Sequence record: PP301342.1
Direction: 5' to 3' (one strand)
Source of the DNA: Escherichia phage UE-M3
Length of the DNA stretch: 64,000 nt
The notes beneath the pieces were generated by a model, which was given only the letters and a program-made list of their open reading frames with translations, was not told the DNA's origin and did no database searches. Shown here one piece after another: positions 41,751 to 51,228 of this stretch. The position numbers were made by a program, and so were the translations under genes. Each line of letters starts with the position of its first letter. The first letter of the stretch is position 1.

Positions 41751-42212
41751 TTAGATGTAAGGGGTTAAATCCGGGGGAGTGTAGTCTTTCCCCTTCATGA
41801 CTTTCTTATTCTCATTGAAGACAGGTTCCCCATCTTCAAACTTAGAATAGTTAGAGCGATTGACTTCATTCAATGCTCCAGGGACATTCATCCCAAGGAA
41901 AGTACCGACGCCGGTTGCTGTAACAATCTGGTCAGCAAGACTATCAAGGATAGCTAAACGATGGCTGTTCGGTGCATATACCTCTTTGTCATCTTTTTTC
42001 ATTAAATCAGACAATTCGGTTAATGCTGCAATGGCATTGTGAAGAATATCGTAAGCATCTTCTGAGTTAGCGTATAACTCGTCTAGCATCTCTACTACTT
42101 CTTCCAGATGACAACCAATCTGGGTACTAATATTCTTACTCGTCGGATTTGGTACTGCTTTCCGGAACCAGGCTTCCGTATTTGCCAGCGTACAAACGGA
42201 TGAACTTGTCAT
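41751..42212 (-). CDS. Hypothetical protein, possibly MazG-like all-alpha NTP pyrophosphohydrolase; start uncertain
   Basis: EEVVEMLDEL acidic helix motif; track start is GTG at 42218 and overlaps upstream gene by ~80 nt. Confidence 0.35.
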   Translation of the reverse strand: MTSSSVCTLANTEAWFRKAVPNPTSKNISTQIGCHLEEVVEMLDELYANSEDAYDILHNAIAALTELSDLMKKDDKEVYAPNSHRLAILDSLADQIVTATGVGTFLGMNVPGALNEVNRSNYSKFEDGEPVFNENKKVMKGKDYTPPDLTPYI

Positions 42213-42561
42213 GCTCACTCTCTTGGTTAAGGTGGCGATTATTATATGCCTCCAGAATTAAGTCTCTTACGTATGAGCGAATCTCATAAGCAGGACCAAC
42301 TTGTTCTGATAGCCAATCAGCCACATGGGTTGGTAAAGGACGTAATACGTTTTCCATGAATGTCCGACGTGTGTCGGCTGGTTCAATGTTTAAAGAACGC
42401 AATCGCAAAGTAACCGTAGTGGGGTGAACCCCCAACGTCTTAGCGATAGTTGCGAGGGATAGCCCAACAGCATTCATACGAATGATGTCTTCATCAGTTG
42501 CTTTGCGATTACTTCTGAATACTTTACTCATAGTACAATTCCTCTTCAAATTTACCCTCAC
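42136..42561 (-). CDS. Helix-turn-helix DNA-binding protein
   Basis: NAVGLSLATIAKTLGVHPTTVTLRLRS HTH-like segment. Confidence 0.45.
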   Translation of the reverse strand: MRVNLKRNCTMSKVFRSNRKATDEDIIRMNAVGLSLATIAKTLGVHPTTVTLRLRSLNIEPADTRRTFMENVLRPLPTHVADWLSEQVGPAYEIRSYVRDLILEAYNNRHLNQESEHDKFIRLYAGKYGSLVPESSTKSDE

Positions 42562-42593
42562 TTTATTACAAGTGAGGGCATTTGAACAGGCTA

Positions 42594-44654
42594 TTACTTA
42601 ACTGCTTTAACCAGCTTGGTAGCTAATTTAGCTTCTTCTTCAGTCAGACCCATTGCAGTGAATGACTTCTTAGCATGACGTTTATAGTCTTGCAGAGCAT
42701 GGCCTTTCTGATAGTCAGAATATGACGTATCGTTCAGGATGCTACGCAGATTATCAACGTGTTTACCAGAAGGAGCTACTTTAGAAGCAGCAGCAGAACG
42801 TGTAGGTTTAACTGTCTTATCCTGCTTAACAGCTTTAGGTTTACCAATAGGCTTAATTGTATAGGTAGCACGTACATCAGCAATCTTAGCTACCACGTCA
42901 CTACCTACATCAAATGCAGCCCAAGGCTTACGAGCTTTGGAACGCAGTTCTACCAGAAGGTCAGCAGCAGCTAACTTATCTTCTGGTGTTGTTGCATTAA
43001 GGAACTCTTTAACCAGTTCCTGGATTTGTTCTTTCACAGTAGGAGCCTTCTTAATAACGGGTTTAAGGTCAGTAGCCTTCACTGGTTCAGCAGCTACAGC
43101 TTCATTCAGTGACTCTTCCATGTCCAGTGCTTCTTTGCTAGCAACTGTACGGAATTGTTCTACAGAACCAGATGTGAGATTGGTGTATTTGAGGTTAGTA
43201 CCACGATGTCCACCAACCATAATAAGTGTGGTAGGTGAACTATGGTTCCCAACGATGGCATCATTAAGTAGTTTCTTACCTACTTCAGTTTTAGACAAAT
43301 AGATACCACTGTTAACGTTATTACGTTCCTCTTCCGGCAGTTCAGCAATAATGTGATACGCAGATACACGCATCTTATTAGTGCTGTACTGAGGAACAGC
43401 AAATACATCTTCTGGTGCTACTTTACCAAGGATAGTTACGTTACCACCGAAGCTACGAATATAGCTCATGGATGCTACATGCAGACCGTTAGAACAGTCC
43501 TGACGACGGTCAGGATCTACCAGGTCTTCCCGTACCTGCACTTTACAGCCTACCCACTGTTTGATGTTACCTGAGTGACAGTCAACGAATACACGTTTAC
43601 CATCTTCTTTCCCTTTATACTGAAGGCGTTTAAGGAACAGGATTGAACCATCATCAGCGATAGGCAATTCAGCAGTTTCCATGAACTTCATCAGGTCTTC
43701 TACTGAGTGCAGACGGTCTTTAATAACCGGAGCCAGACGCTCAAGGAACTTAGTGAAGCCCTTGTAGTCTTTCAACTTGGCAGACTGACGTAAGTGACGT
43801 TGCAGGTTCTCAACTCCAGGGATAACCCCATCGTTGGTAACAGCAACAACCACTTCATCTTCCTTCACATCAGTGTGAAAGTTAGCGTTATCAGTACTAA
43901 TAGCACCTAATGCAGCTAATTTCTCGGATGCAGCAGCCAGCTTATCCTGGTTCGTAGTTTTAGCTACTTCAATGTAAGGTGGTGGGGTATGTTTACGGCT
44001 GGTAAATACAATATGTACACCTTTGATATGCTTGGCTTGTTTAGCAAACTCACCCATTTCATCATCGGATACTGCACGAACTGCAACAGGCCATTCCTGT
44101 CTGAGCATGGTGTTGGTTTGTTCATACCCCCAACCCATTACGTCGTTAATAAAACGAACCAGTGCAGGATAGTTATGGTCCTTATCCCAGCCAGTAATCC
44201 ACATCAGATTGTCACGTCTGTCGTAGCAACCATCTGATACTGTTACTTCTGGTTCATTAGCTTGTACAGCCAGGAATGTATCCATAGCTTTAGATACTAA
44301 TGTCTTGGTGGGATTGCCTAGCTTAATATCAGAAACGGCTTGGGTAGGTTGAACATCTGTACCATCCTGGAAGAACTCTTTGAGTTTAGCTTTAGCTACC
44401 TTGAAGAAACGGACGAATCCATTAGTGTTCTTCTCTGCTTCCAGATACTCATTACGCAGTGATACTTCTGGTGCAATGTTTACTTCTATCAGGTCTTTGG
44501 TAATTCCCAAGCCTTTGGTTTGTGCTTCAGATACGATACGAGCAACCCGTGGGTCGCTCTGTGGATATACAATTGTGGAGCCATCAGGCTTCCACAATGT
44601 TAAGTTTCGACTGTCAACTGCCAGTGCGATGATAGAAATCAGTTCGATTTTCAT
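42594..44654 (-). CDS. rIIB: rIIB-like protein
   Basis: 686 aa immediately downstream of rIIA-like gene; assignment by synteny and size only. Confidence 0.45.
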   Translation of the reverse strand: MKIELISIIALAVDSRNLTLWKPDGSTIVYPQSDPRVARIVSEAQTKGLGITKDLIEVNIAPEVSLRNEYLEAEKNTNGFVRFFKVAKAKLKEFFQDGTDVQPTQAVSDIKLGNPTKTLVSKAMDTFLAVQANEPEVTVSDGCYDRRDNLMWITGWDKDHNYPALVRFINDVMGWGYEQTNTMLRQEWPVAVRAVSDDEMGEFAKQAKHIKGVHIVFTSRKHTPPPYIEVAKTTNQDKLAAASEKLAALGAISTDNANFHTDVKEDEVVVAVTNDGVIPGVENLQRHLRQSAKLKDYKGFTKFLERLAPVIKDRLHSVEDLMKFMETAELPIADDGSILFLKRLQYKGKEDGKRVFVDCHSGNIKQWVGCKVQVREDLVDPDRRQDCSNGLHVASMSYIRSFGGNVTILGKVAPEDVFAVPQYSTNKMRVSAYHIIAELPEEERNNVNSGIYLSKTEVGKKLLNDAIVGNHSSPTTLIMVGGHRGTNLKYTNLTSGSVEQFRTVASKEALDMEESLNEAVAAEPVKATDLKPVIKKAPTVKEQIQELVKEFLNATTPEDKLAAADLLVELRSKARKPWAAFDVGSDVVAKIADVRATYTIKPIGKPKAVKQDKTVKPTRSAAASKVAPSGKHVDNLRSILNDTSYSDYQKGHALQDYKRHAKKSFTAMGLTEEEAKLATKLVKAVK

Positions 44655-44658
44655 CAGA

Positions 44659-47226
44659 TTAGTTACCTTTCAGTTTATTTAGACGATTACGGTAGAGGGA
44701 CTTAAACCCAGGAATATCCTCTGGATTTTTCTTGAGGTGTTTAACTAAACTCCCCAAGTCCAGACTCTGTAGTATGTCACCAGCACTCCAGCTATAGCTG
44801 AATAACCCCTTGTACTGATTAAGTATTTCAAAGTACTTATGATTACGCGGATTAACCATCATTGTATATGGCTCTAAGTCATCAACTGACTTAATACAAC
44901 CCATTTCAACAAGTTTTTCTTTGTTGTTATGTGGTCGATTCCGTAGAAAGTCATATGCCCATTCATACTCTGGTTTAAAAATCAGATTCTGTAATGGTTT
45001 GAATGTTAGACCAAGAATATCGAGGATTTCCCAGTATTCCCTGTCATCTAATCCTACATATTCCAGAATACCAATACGGTGTTCAGTAACATATTTCTTG
45101 AAGCCTTTGCTGGTAATAACTGGCATCAGCTCCATAAAACGAACGTCATCAATGTGAATAGCACCACGTCGTTTAGCTTTGTTAGCTTCAATTTGATTGC
45201 GACAGACAACAGTCTCTGCTTTCATCTCGTCAGATAACTCATACCATTTCCACATGGTTCCAATCCGAGCAGTTACAGGACTACCAGAACTAACCTGATT
45301 GGCTAGTACGTAGTACTTAGGCTGTTCCACTTCAACGAAACCGTACTTCTCATGGAAGCTTGGGTCAGTAAAATCCTTGTCAATGTACGGCTTAGAATCC
45401 CAATCCCCACTTTTATTTCGTACAGGAGTAGTACCGAGAACTGCATTCAACGAAATCAGAGCATTAGTTTTACCCCCTGCTTTGGTTTTATTGGCAGCTA
45501 TCGTCTTAGCTCGTTTCTCAGCAGCTATCTTAGCTTGTTCTCTGCGGTAGTTAGTTGGTTTGTCCCACTCATTATATTGAGTGAGGTCAATTACCCGATA
45601 ACCCATAGCAGTGAACTTAGCTACAGCTTCTTCTGCTGCACCCTTTTTAGGACTAACGACGTGAACAAAAGCTGTACGCTCCAGGTCACCTCGGTTGTAC
45701 TCAGGGAAGTATGAGAAAGAGTCTGCACAGTCAGATAAACGTCGAGTAACTACAACGTTCTTGGTAGTGAATATACCAATACTCTGGTGGGAGTTATGGT
45801 ACATCTTAAAGTAGTCAGTAAGTTTGCCTTTTATCAGGTCTACAAAGTTACCCTGGTTCATTATGTAACCAGACCATTTAATGCCAGTAGCTTTTAAATC
45901 AGCAAGCTGAGGTAAGTGCAGATGACGATATACTAATTCCTGGAATGAGGAATATGTATTTGCTTCACGAGTATCCTTAAGGGCACGCATAGCCTTACCA
46001 TACAACTTCTTAAGACCTGCATATTCGGGACGAGCTAGTAATGCTTTGTTAGATAAGTTACGCCAGTGCTTGATGTGATGCTTACGTTGCTTAGCCCATA
46101 AACTAGAGGACATATAACTTTGAACAATTGGGTCTGTAACAGCAAGTAGGAAAGATGGATACTCCCAAAAGCGAGTAGAGGATTTAGAGGCGTATTCTTC
46201 AACCTGCTTAATAGCTTCAGGAATTTTAGCCCTAATCTCTTTCTCCATACGGTCTACTAAATCTACACACAGAGTAGTAATACCATCGTCAGTTAACTTC
46301 TGGTTAGACAGTGTTTCTCGACTAGGAGCAATAGCTAGAGTATCAGGTGCAGCCTGAACCACCAGATTAGAAGCACCAATGATATTCATAAAGTTGAGGA
46401 TAAGACCTACAGCCTCTTCACTAGCTGGGCTGGATACAATTGGGTACATTACGTTACCGTAACGAACGAATATGTTACTGTTACCCATATAGCCTTGATA
46501 CCATCTATCAGACATATCGTATGAACCAGGTTCAAATGACATTCCTAGTGTATTCAGTAGAGTGTAGTCACCTTGCTGAATACTATTACCTTCTTCTGTT
46601 TTAACGAGTTTAGGGATACTAAGTTCAGCTTTAATCTCACCGTTAAATACTATTGATGTGATGTAATGTACAAAGGTATTTAAATCATGCTTGCCTAACT
46701 GGAATTTAACTTCCAGCCCAGATTCCTCAGTAGGAATATTAGTAACAATAGGAACAATGCCTGGTTTACCGTCATTCTCAATCGCAGCTTTAGCTACGTT
46801 ATATACCGACATCTTTCCCTGGTTCCATGAAGTAACCTGGAAGCTATCTGTATAAGCGAACGGGGATTTACATCCCAGACCAAAACCACCAGTAACACTA
46901 CTGTTGGCTTTCTTAGTAGATGCACCATAGACACCATAAATGGAACCAATGAGTTCATCGGGGATGCCATTACCAAAGTCACGGAAGGTAATAAAGTTGT
47001 CTGTATCAATAGTGATACGAATAGGGGTATCAGTCTTACCTGCTTCAATATGAGCATCCCAACTGTTACAGATAGTCTCACGGACTACTGCCAGAGTAGG
47101 ATTGTTATATAAGGAAGTACTTAATACATGGAAGAATGCCGGGTCATCAGAGATGCCAAAGGCAATTGTTTCTTTGCCACCCAGTGTCGCTGAGGTAGCT
47201 ACTTCATTGGTATCTGCAACTAACAT
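44659..47226 (-). CDS. rIIA: rIIA-like protein with N-terminal GHKL-type ATPase fold
   Basis: 855 aa; ICNSWDAH and GGFGLGCKSPFAY motifs of histidine-kinase-like ATPase domain. Confidence 0.6.
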   Translation of the reverse strand: MLVADTNEVATSATLGGKETIAFGISDDPAFFHVLSTSLYNNPTLAVVRETICNSWDAHIEAGKTDTPIRITIDTDNFITFRDFGNGIPDELIGSIYGVYGASTKKANSSVTGGFGLGCKSPFAYTDSFQVTSWNQGKMSVYNVAKAAIENDGKPGIVPIVTNIPTEESGLEVKFQLGKHDLNTFVHYITSIVFNGEIKAELSIPKLVKTEEGNSIQQGDYTLLNTLGMSFEPGSYDMSDRWYQGYMGNSNIFVRYGNVMYPIVSSPASEEAVGLILNFMNIIGASNLVVQAAPDTLAIAPSRETLSNQKLTDDGITTLCVDLVDRMEKEIRAKIPEAIKQVEEYASKSSTRFWEYPSFLLAVTDPIVQSYMSSSLWAKQRKHHIKHWRNLSNKALLARPEYAGLKKLYGKAMRALKDTREANTYSSFQELVYRHLHLPQLADLKATGIKWSGYIMNQGNFVDLIKGKLTDYFKMYHNSHQSIGIFTTKNVVVTRRLSDCADSFSYFPEYNRGDLERTAFVHVVSPKKGAAEEAVAKFTAMGYRVIDLTQYNEWDKPTNYRREQAKIAAEKRAKTIAANKTKAGGKTNALISLNAVLGTTPVRNKSGDWDSKPYIDKDFTDPSFHEKYGFVEVEQPKYYVLANQVSSGSPVTARIGTMWKWYELSDEMKAETVVCRNQIEANKAKRRGAIHIDDVRFMELMPVITSKGFKKYVTEHRIGILEYVGLDDREYWEILDILGLTFKPLQNLIFKPEYEWAYDFLRNRPHNNKEKLVEMGCIKSVDDLEPYTMMVNPRNHKYFEILNQYKGLFSYSWSAGDILQSLDLGSLVKHLKKNPEDIPGFKSLYRNRLNKLKGN

Positions 47227-47269
47227 TTATTTACTCTCCAGATTAAATGTTGCTTCTTGGTTATGACTA

Positions 47270-47464
47270 TTAAGAATCTAATGCTGATTTACAGGCTTCA
47301 AAGATTACTTTACGTAATTCCCGTTCTTTTTCCGGTTCCTCGTGGGGACTGTAACCAAAGGGACTGTTTTGCATAAAACTAGCCAGAATTAGTAAATCTT
47401 CTTCAGATAGACCATCAATAGCGATGGAGTATTGGTTTTTGCTTTTTACTGTAGCGTTAGCCAT
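47270..47464 (-). CDS. Small hypothetical protein
   Basis: Track start 47494 is TTG; ATG 47464 has GGAGA Shine-Dalgarno. Confidence 0.4.
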   Translation of the reverse strand: MANATVKSKNQYSIAIDGLSEEDLLILASFMQNSPFGYSPHEEPEKERELRKVIFEACKSALDS

Positions 47465-47771
47465 TTCGTTTCTCCGCCATTGCTTGTAGTACAAATACTA
47501 CAGCATCTGAAATTTGGTCATCGGTTGGTTCAACTAATTGACCATTCTCATCATACATTTCTTTCAGAAGTGCATTCAGTTCAGCCATACCAGCCAATAC
47601 CATTTCCTTACTTGGTTCCAGCCATAACTTACGTTCCTCTGCCAATGCAGCAATGCACATACACAGGGACGCAATATTTGCTGGGCAAGCAGCAATATCA
47701 CCAGTTACCACAATTTCACTAAGTGGAACAGCTTTACCGGTTTTACTATGAATAACTTCAGGATTAATCAT
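47457..47771 (-). CDS. Small hypothetical protein
   Basis: ATG 47771 with GGAG Shine-Dalgarno, 2 nt after upstream stop. Confidence 0.45.
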   Translation of the reverse strand: MINPEVIHSKTGKAVPLSEIVVTGDIAACPANIASLCMCIAALAEERKLWLEPSKEMVLAGMAELNALLKEMYDENGQLVEPTDDQISDAVVFVLQAMAEKRNG

Positions 47772-47976
47772 GGATTTGCTCCAGGTTATGAGCAGGAATA
47801 GGGAAGCATGGATAGTCACCGGTAGGGTCCAGTGTTACTGATACATGCAGTGTATTTGTCATTTGGGTTAACATCAGAGCAGCATTGAAATCGTCCTGGA
47901 TACAGGCATATACAATGTCACCCTTCTCTCCCTCACACATTACAGGTGTGTCTTTGATACGGTATTTAGCAGGCAT
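47764..47976 (-). CDS. Small hypothetical protein
   Basis: ATG 47976 with AGGAGG Shine-Dalgarno 5 nt upstream. Confidence 0.45.
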   Translation of the reverse strand: MPAKYRIKDTPVMCEGEKGDIVYACIQDDFNAALMLTQMTNTLHVSVTLDPTGDYPCFPIPAHNLEQIHD

Positions 47977-48002
47977 ATGCCCTCCTAAAAGAGTTAATAG
48001 AA

Positions 48003-48030
48003 TCAAAAAAAGACCTCCCGGAGGAGGTCT
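48003..48030 (-). terminator. Rho-independent terminator (minus strand)
   Basis: agacctcc-cgga-ggaggtct stem-loop with A7 run on + side. Confidence 0.55.
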
Positions 48031-48035
48031 TAGGT

Positions 48036-48275
48036 TTACTTACGACTTCCTTCTACGAAAAGTCGTATTTGTTTTTTCACTTCTTCTTTCTCACGTATTG
48101 CTTCGTAGTCACGAGCAAAGTAGTAAACACACCATAATCCAATTTCACTTACAAAGAACAGAATACTAGCTCGAATGAACTGCATATCTGTTTCTACTAC
48201 AAAGGCAACTTTGTATGCGTAGGTAAGTGTTAATAGGGTACTAATTAGCATTGCGTACAGAGCTAGTTTTTTCAT
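48036..48275 (-). CDS. Small membrane protein (two TM helices)
   Basis: 79 aa; hydrophobic segments ALYAMLISTLLTLTYAY and ILFFVSEIGLWCVYYF. Confidence 0.45.
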   Translation of the reverse strand: MKKLALYAMLISTLLTLTYAYKVAFVVETDMQFIRASILFFVSEIGLWCVYYFARDYEAIREKEEVKKQIRLFVEGSRK

Positions 48276-49216
48276 TCAGTAATAGTCTCACCAGGAATTA
48301 ACTTACGGAATTGGATAAAGTGAAGCAGGTTACCTGAGTACAGATTCCCTTCTTTATCCATGGATGTAACACCTTGTTCCCATGTAACTGGGTTCATGTT
48401 ATTTACATACTTCTCACCAAGGTTCATAGGTGTAGCCTGATGTTCCGTTGGGGAAGCATGAATAGGTTGGTTTTCCACTAACTTAGCGAATAAGCCAAGG
48501 TCTTCCTCGATAGTAGATGGTCGTCCTTCGAAGTTGTTATAGGAAGCACGAGCACAGCGTGCAGCACTTACTTTGAGAAGTAGTCCATGCACTTCTGCAT
48601 CACTTGGTTCATCGCGTGTAACTCGATTGCGTTTGCAGAAATTGTAAGCCCCAACACGGTCAATATGAGCAATATATGGCAGATGCCATTGCCCATATGG
48701 TAATGCTCTCGGTGTACTTTCTTCCTGTGCCTTACGCATTGCTTGAGCCAGTTCACGAATCTCTGGTTGTGCATCTTTGTGGTCACGCAGTCCATAGAAA
48801 TTAGCCCAGCTGGTTGAAGTTACCACTACACGAATATGCGTGAATGGTTCCAGAATACGGTTAACAATCTGCTTATGTACTTGCCCACGTCGTAGCTGTT
48901 CTGCATACACAGCAGCAGCAGATGCAGCGTTATCCCAGATAAACTTAGCATCCTCAATCTCCATAGGAGTGAGTTCTTCTTCTGCTTGCATACCTTTCTG
49001 GTTCTTGCCCCAGTGACTAGGCATCACTGGTTCATTACGAACTTGTTCGATGAACTTAGCCGTGGGAATAGCACGACTGCTTGAGGCATTACGGTTGAAT
49101 ACACGGTGGGTCATAAACTCACTGTGAATGAATCGGGGATAAACCAATTCAAAGGTAGTAATACGAGTTCCTGTTTCTGGGTGAACGGAATCTGCAATGA
49201 CAGTTGCCTTAATCAT
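48272..49216 (-). CDS. thyX: Flavin-dependent thymidylate synthase (ThyX-like)
   Basis: 314 aa; HRVFNRNASSSRAIP resembles ThyX RHR...S signature (imperfect). Confidence 0.5.
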   Translation of the reverse strand: MIKATVIADSVHPETGTRITTFELVYPRFIHSEFMTHRVFNRNASSSRAIPTAKFIEQVRNEPVMPSHWGKNQKGMQAEEELTPMEIEDAKFIWDNAASAAAVYAEQLRRGQVHKQIVNRILEPFTHIRVVVTSTSWANFYGLRDHKDAQPEIRELAQAMRKAQEESTPRALPYGQWHLPYIAHIDRVGAYNFCKRNRVTRDEPSDAEVHGLLLKVSAARCARASYNNFEGRPSTIEEDLGLFAKLVENQPIHASPTEHQATPMNLGEKYVNNMNPVTWEQGVTSMDKEGNLYSGNLLHFIQFRKLIPGETITE

Positions 49217-49659
49217 TAGAATGACCTTAGATAGTTGGTGATACCACTACGGTTTTCTGTAATTTTCTTAACCTGAACATATACCAGCTTAAACTCACTA
49301 CGGGGTAGTTCTTGTAATACTGCTACACCTTCAGTAAGGGCCACAGAACACGCTACAGCGGTTTCTTTTTTAAAGGAGTATAAGTCTTCATACATGAGGG
49401 CTTCATACTCCCTGCGGAGCATACAGAGAGCATCTCTTGCCTTATCACTTACTTCTTGTGAACCAGCAGACATAGCTAAGCTGTATATGATAAAGATTTG
49501 TTCAAAAACAAAGTCCAGTAATCTATCAGGATTGTTAGTCCCCATGAATAATTTTGATGTGTAGGAACGGGCTTTACGGTTGAGTTCATACTCATCCTCT
49601 ATGCCTTTATTGTAAAGAACAGGATTTCGTTCCCTTTTCCGTAGGAATGGGATACGCAT
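49216..49659 (-). CDS. Hypothetical protein
   Basis: 147-aa ORF, start adjacent to upstream stop. Confidence 0.5.
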   Translation of the reverse strand: MRIPFLRKRERNPVLYNKGIEDEYELNRKARSYTSKLFMGTNNPDRLLDFVFEQIFIIYSLAMSAGSQEVSDKARDALCMLRREYEALMYEDLYSFKKETAVACSVALTEGVAVLQELPRSEFKLVYVQVKKITENRSGITNYLRSF

Positions 49660-50048
49660 TAGTATTTACTACCTCTTCTATACCAAGGGTAATGATGGGT
49701 AGTGCTCTTGCCTTTGAACACATCCTTAGTACGAGGATTCTTTTGTATTTGAGCCAGGTAAAGATGCATTTCGTCGTAACACGGACTAAGCCAGAACTTA
49801 TCTATGATTCGGTCTACCTTAGATTTCAGATGAGGTTCTGGTGGAATATATGAAGAAGTATTAAAAGGTTTTCTAGTAGTCCAATTCTTCATAATAATAT
49901 TTTGCATTACTGCATAAACATCAGGACCAATTCCATTCTCTTCTACTTGATCATGGATAGTTTTACCCAAAGTAAGCATTGCAGTTTGTTCCAGCTTACT
50001 TAAGTCCAGTCCTTGCAGGATAGACTTACCATTTTGTCTGCTTGACAT
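49659..50048 (-). CDS. Hypothetical protein
   Basis: Track start 50150 lies upstream of a terminator hairpin; ATG 50048 chosen downstream of it. Confidence 0.4.
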   Translation of the reverse strand: MSSRQNGKSILQGLDLSKLEQTAMLTLGKTIHDQVEENGIGPDVYAVMQNIIMKNWTTRKPFNTSSYIPPEPHLKSKVDRIIDKFWLSPCYDEMHLYLAQIQKNPRTKDVFKGKSTTHHYPWYRRGSKY

Positions 50049-50061
50049 AAGAGTACCTGTA

Positions 50062-50090
50062 AATAAAAAAGCCCACGGGTTAGGTGGGCT
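50062..50090 (-). terminator. Rho-independent terminator (minus strand)
   Basis: gcccac-gggttag-gtgggc hairpin with aaataaaaaa on + side. Confidence 0.5.
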
Positions 50091-50165
50091 TGGGTTAGGA
50101 GATGGATAAGCAATGAGCTGGAAGTAACTTCCGCAAGCACCACTATGCAATGATGCTTAGGTTAG

Positions 50166-50444
50166 TTACTCTGCTTTACTGCCACCATTGGTTTGAACAA
50201 CAGTTACGTTTGTAACTTGGTTCTGACCTTTGTTGGACAGTGACCAAATCAGTGCTACTACCCAGAAGACTAAAGACCAGCCTAATACAATATTAAGCAC
50301 ACCAATGCCCCACTTGGAGGCATGGCCTCGTGCAAAAGCAATGATAGTAGGGATGAGGTATACAGCTAATACAAACAACATAACAAGGATTGCTGCTAAA
50401 GATTCCATGATGGTTCCTATGTGAGGTTGAGTTAGTTTCTTCAC
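50166..50444 (-). CDS. Small inner-membrane protein resembling superinfection-immunity (Imm-like) family
   Basis: 92 aa; motif YLIPTIIAFARGHASKWGIGVLNIVLGWSLVFWVVALIWSL. Confidence 0.45.
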   Translation of the reverse strand: MKKLTQPHIGTIMESLAAILVMLFVLAVYLIPTIIAFARGHASKWGIGVLNIVLGWSLVFWVVALIWSLSNKGQNQVTNVTVVQTNGGSKAE

Positions 50445-50481
50445 AAATAGCCCAACTATGCTGGGCTATTTAGGCAGCTAC

Positions 50482-50691
50482 TTACTCAGCATCTTTGCTT
50501 GCAGGAGCAAGAGCTTTCTTCAGGTAATTGCGTACTGAACGATAGGTTTCTTTAGTATCCATAGCACTATCATTTACGAAAGTGATACGTGCACAATCAG
50601 ACAGCGGAATCTGCTCCACTGCAATTACATTTGCAGCATTAATGGTTACACGTACATCTGAGGTTGCATGAGTTACTTGAAATACTGACAT
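50482..50691 (-). CDS. Small hypothetical protein
   Basis: 69-aa ORF. Confidence 0.4.
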   Translation of the reverse strand: MSVFQVTHATSDVRVTINAANVIAVEQIPLSDCARITFVNDSAMDTKETYRSVRNYLKKALAPASKDAE

Positions 50692-50721
50692 GTTGTTTCC
50701 TTAATTAAGCCGGATAGCCTT

Positions 50722-51228
50722 TTATTTTGAAGGTCTAGCAGCTACTGGTTTGTTTTCCTGATTCTGATACTTACCATTGTAATTAGCAGGTTCTTGAACC
50801 AGATGAAATAATACTTGAGCTATCCCAGCACCAGCCGGGATATGCAATTTCTTACGACCGTGATAGACCAGTTCGAGGGTAAGATACCCTTTCCATCCTG
50901 GTTCTATTACGGTATTGAACACTGATAATGCACGTCTTGCCCATGTAGACTTATCGTGAACGATTGCTACACAGGACGGGGACATGTTGAACTTCTCAAT
51001 TGCTGAGGCCAAGGCGAACTTACCGAGATGGCGTGATACTTGATTTCCATCAACGACTTTCACCATTGGAATCAGCCCAAATAAGCGATAGAAGGTAATA
51101 TCTTGTTTGATACGAATATCATAACCAGCTTCACCTAATCCATAGCTTACACCATGCTCTGATACCTTATGGTCTGGGACATCCAGCAACTGAGATGAAC
51201 GGTATAGAGAATTACCATTAACAACCAT
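50722..51228 (-). CDS. dCTP deaminase / dUTPase-fold protein
   Basis: 168 aa; IEPGWKGYLTLELVYHG matches dCTP deaminase (V/I)DPGY.G.LTLEL motif. Confidence 0.65.
   Translation of the reverse strand: MVVNGNSLYRSSQLLDVPDHKVSEHGVSYGLGEAGYDIRIKQDITFYRLFGLIPMVKVVDGNQVSRHLGKFALASAIEKFNMSPSCVAIVHDKSTWARRALSVFNTVIEPGWKGYLTLELVYHGRKKLHIPAGAGIAQVLFHLVQEPANYNGKYQNQENKPVAARPSK

Noticed and set aside
41751-42218. Start of the 155-aa ORF at 42218
   Set aside because: The codon is GTG and the ORF overlaps the upstream HTH gene by ~80 nt; ATG 42212 used instead, but the true start remains uncertain.
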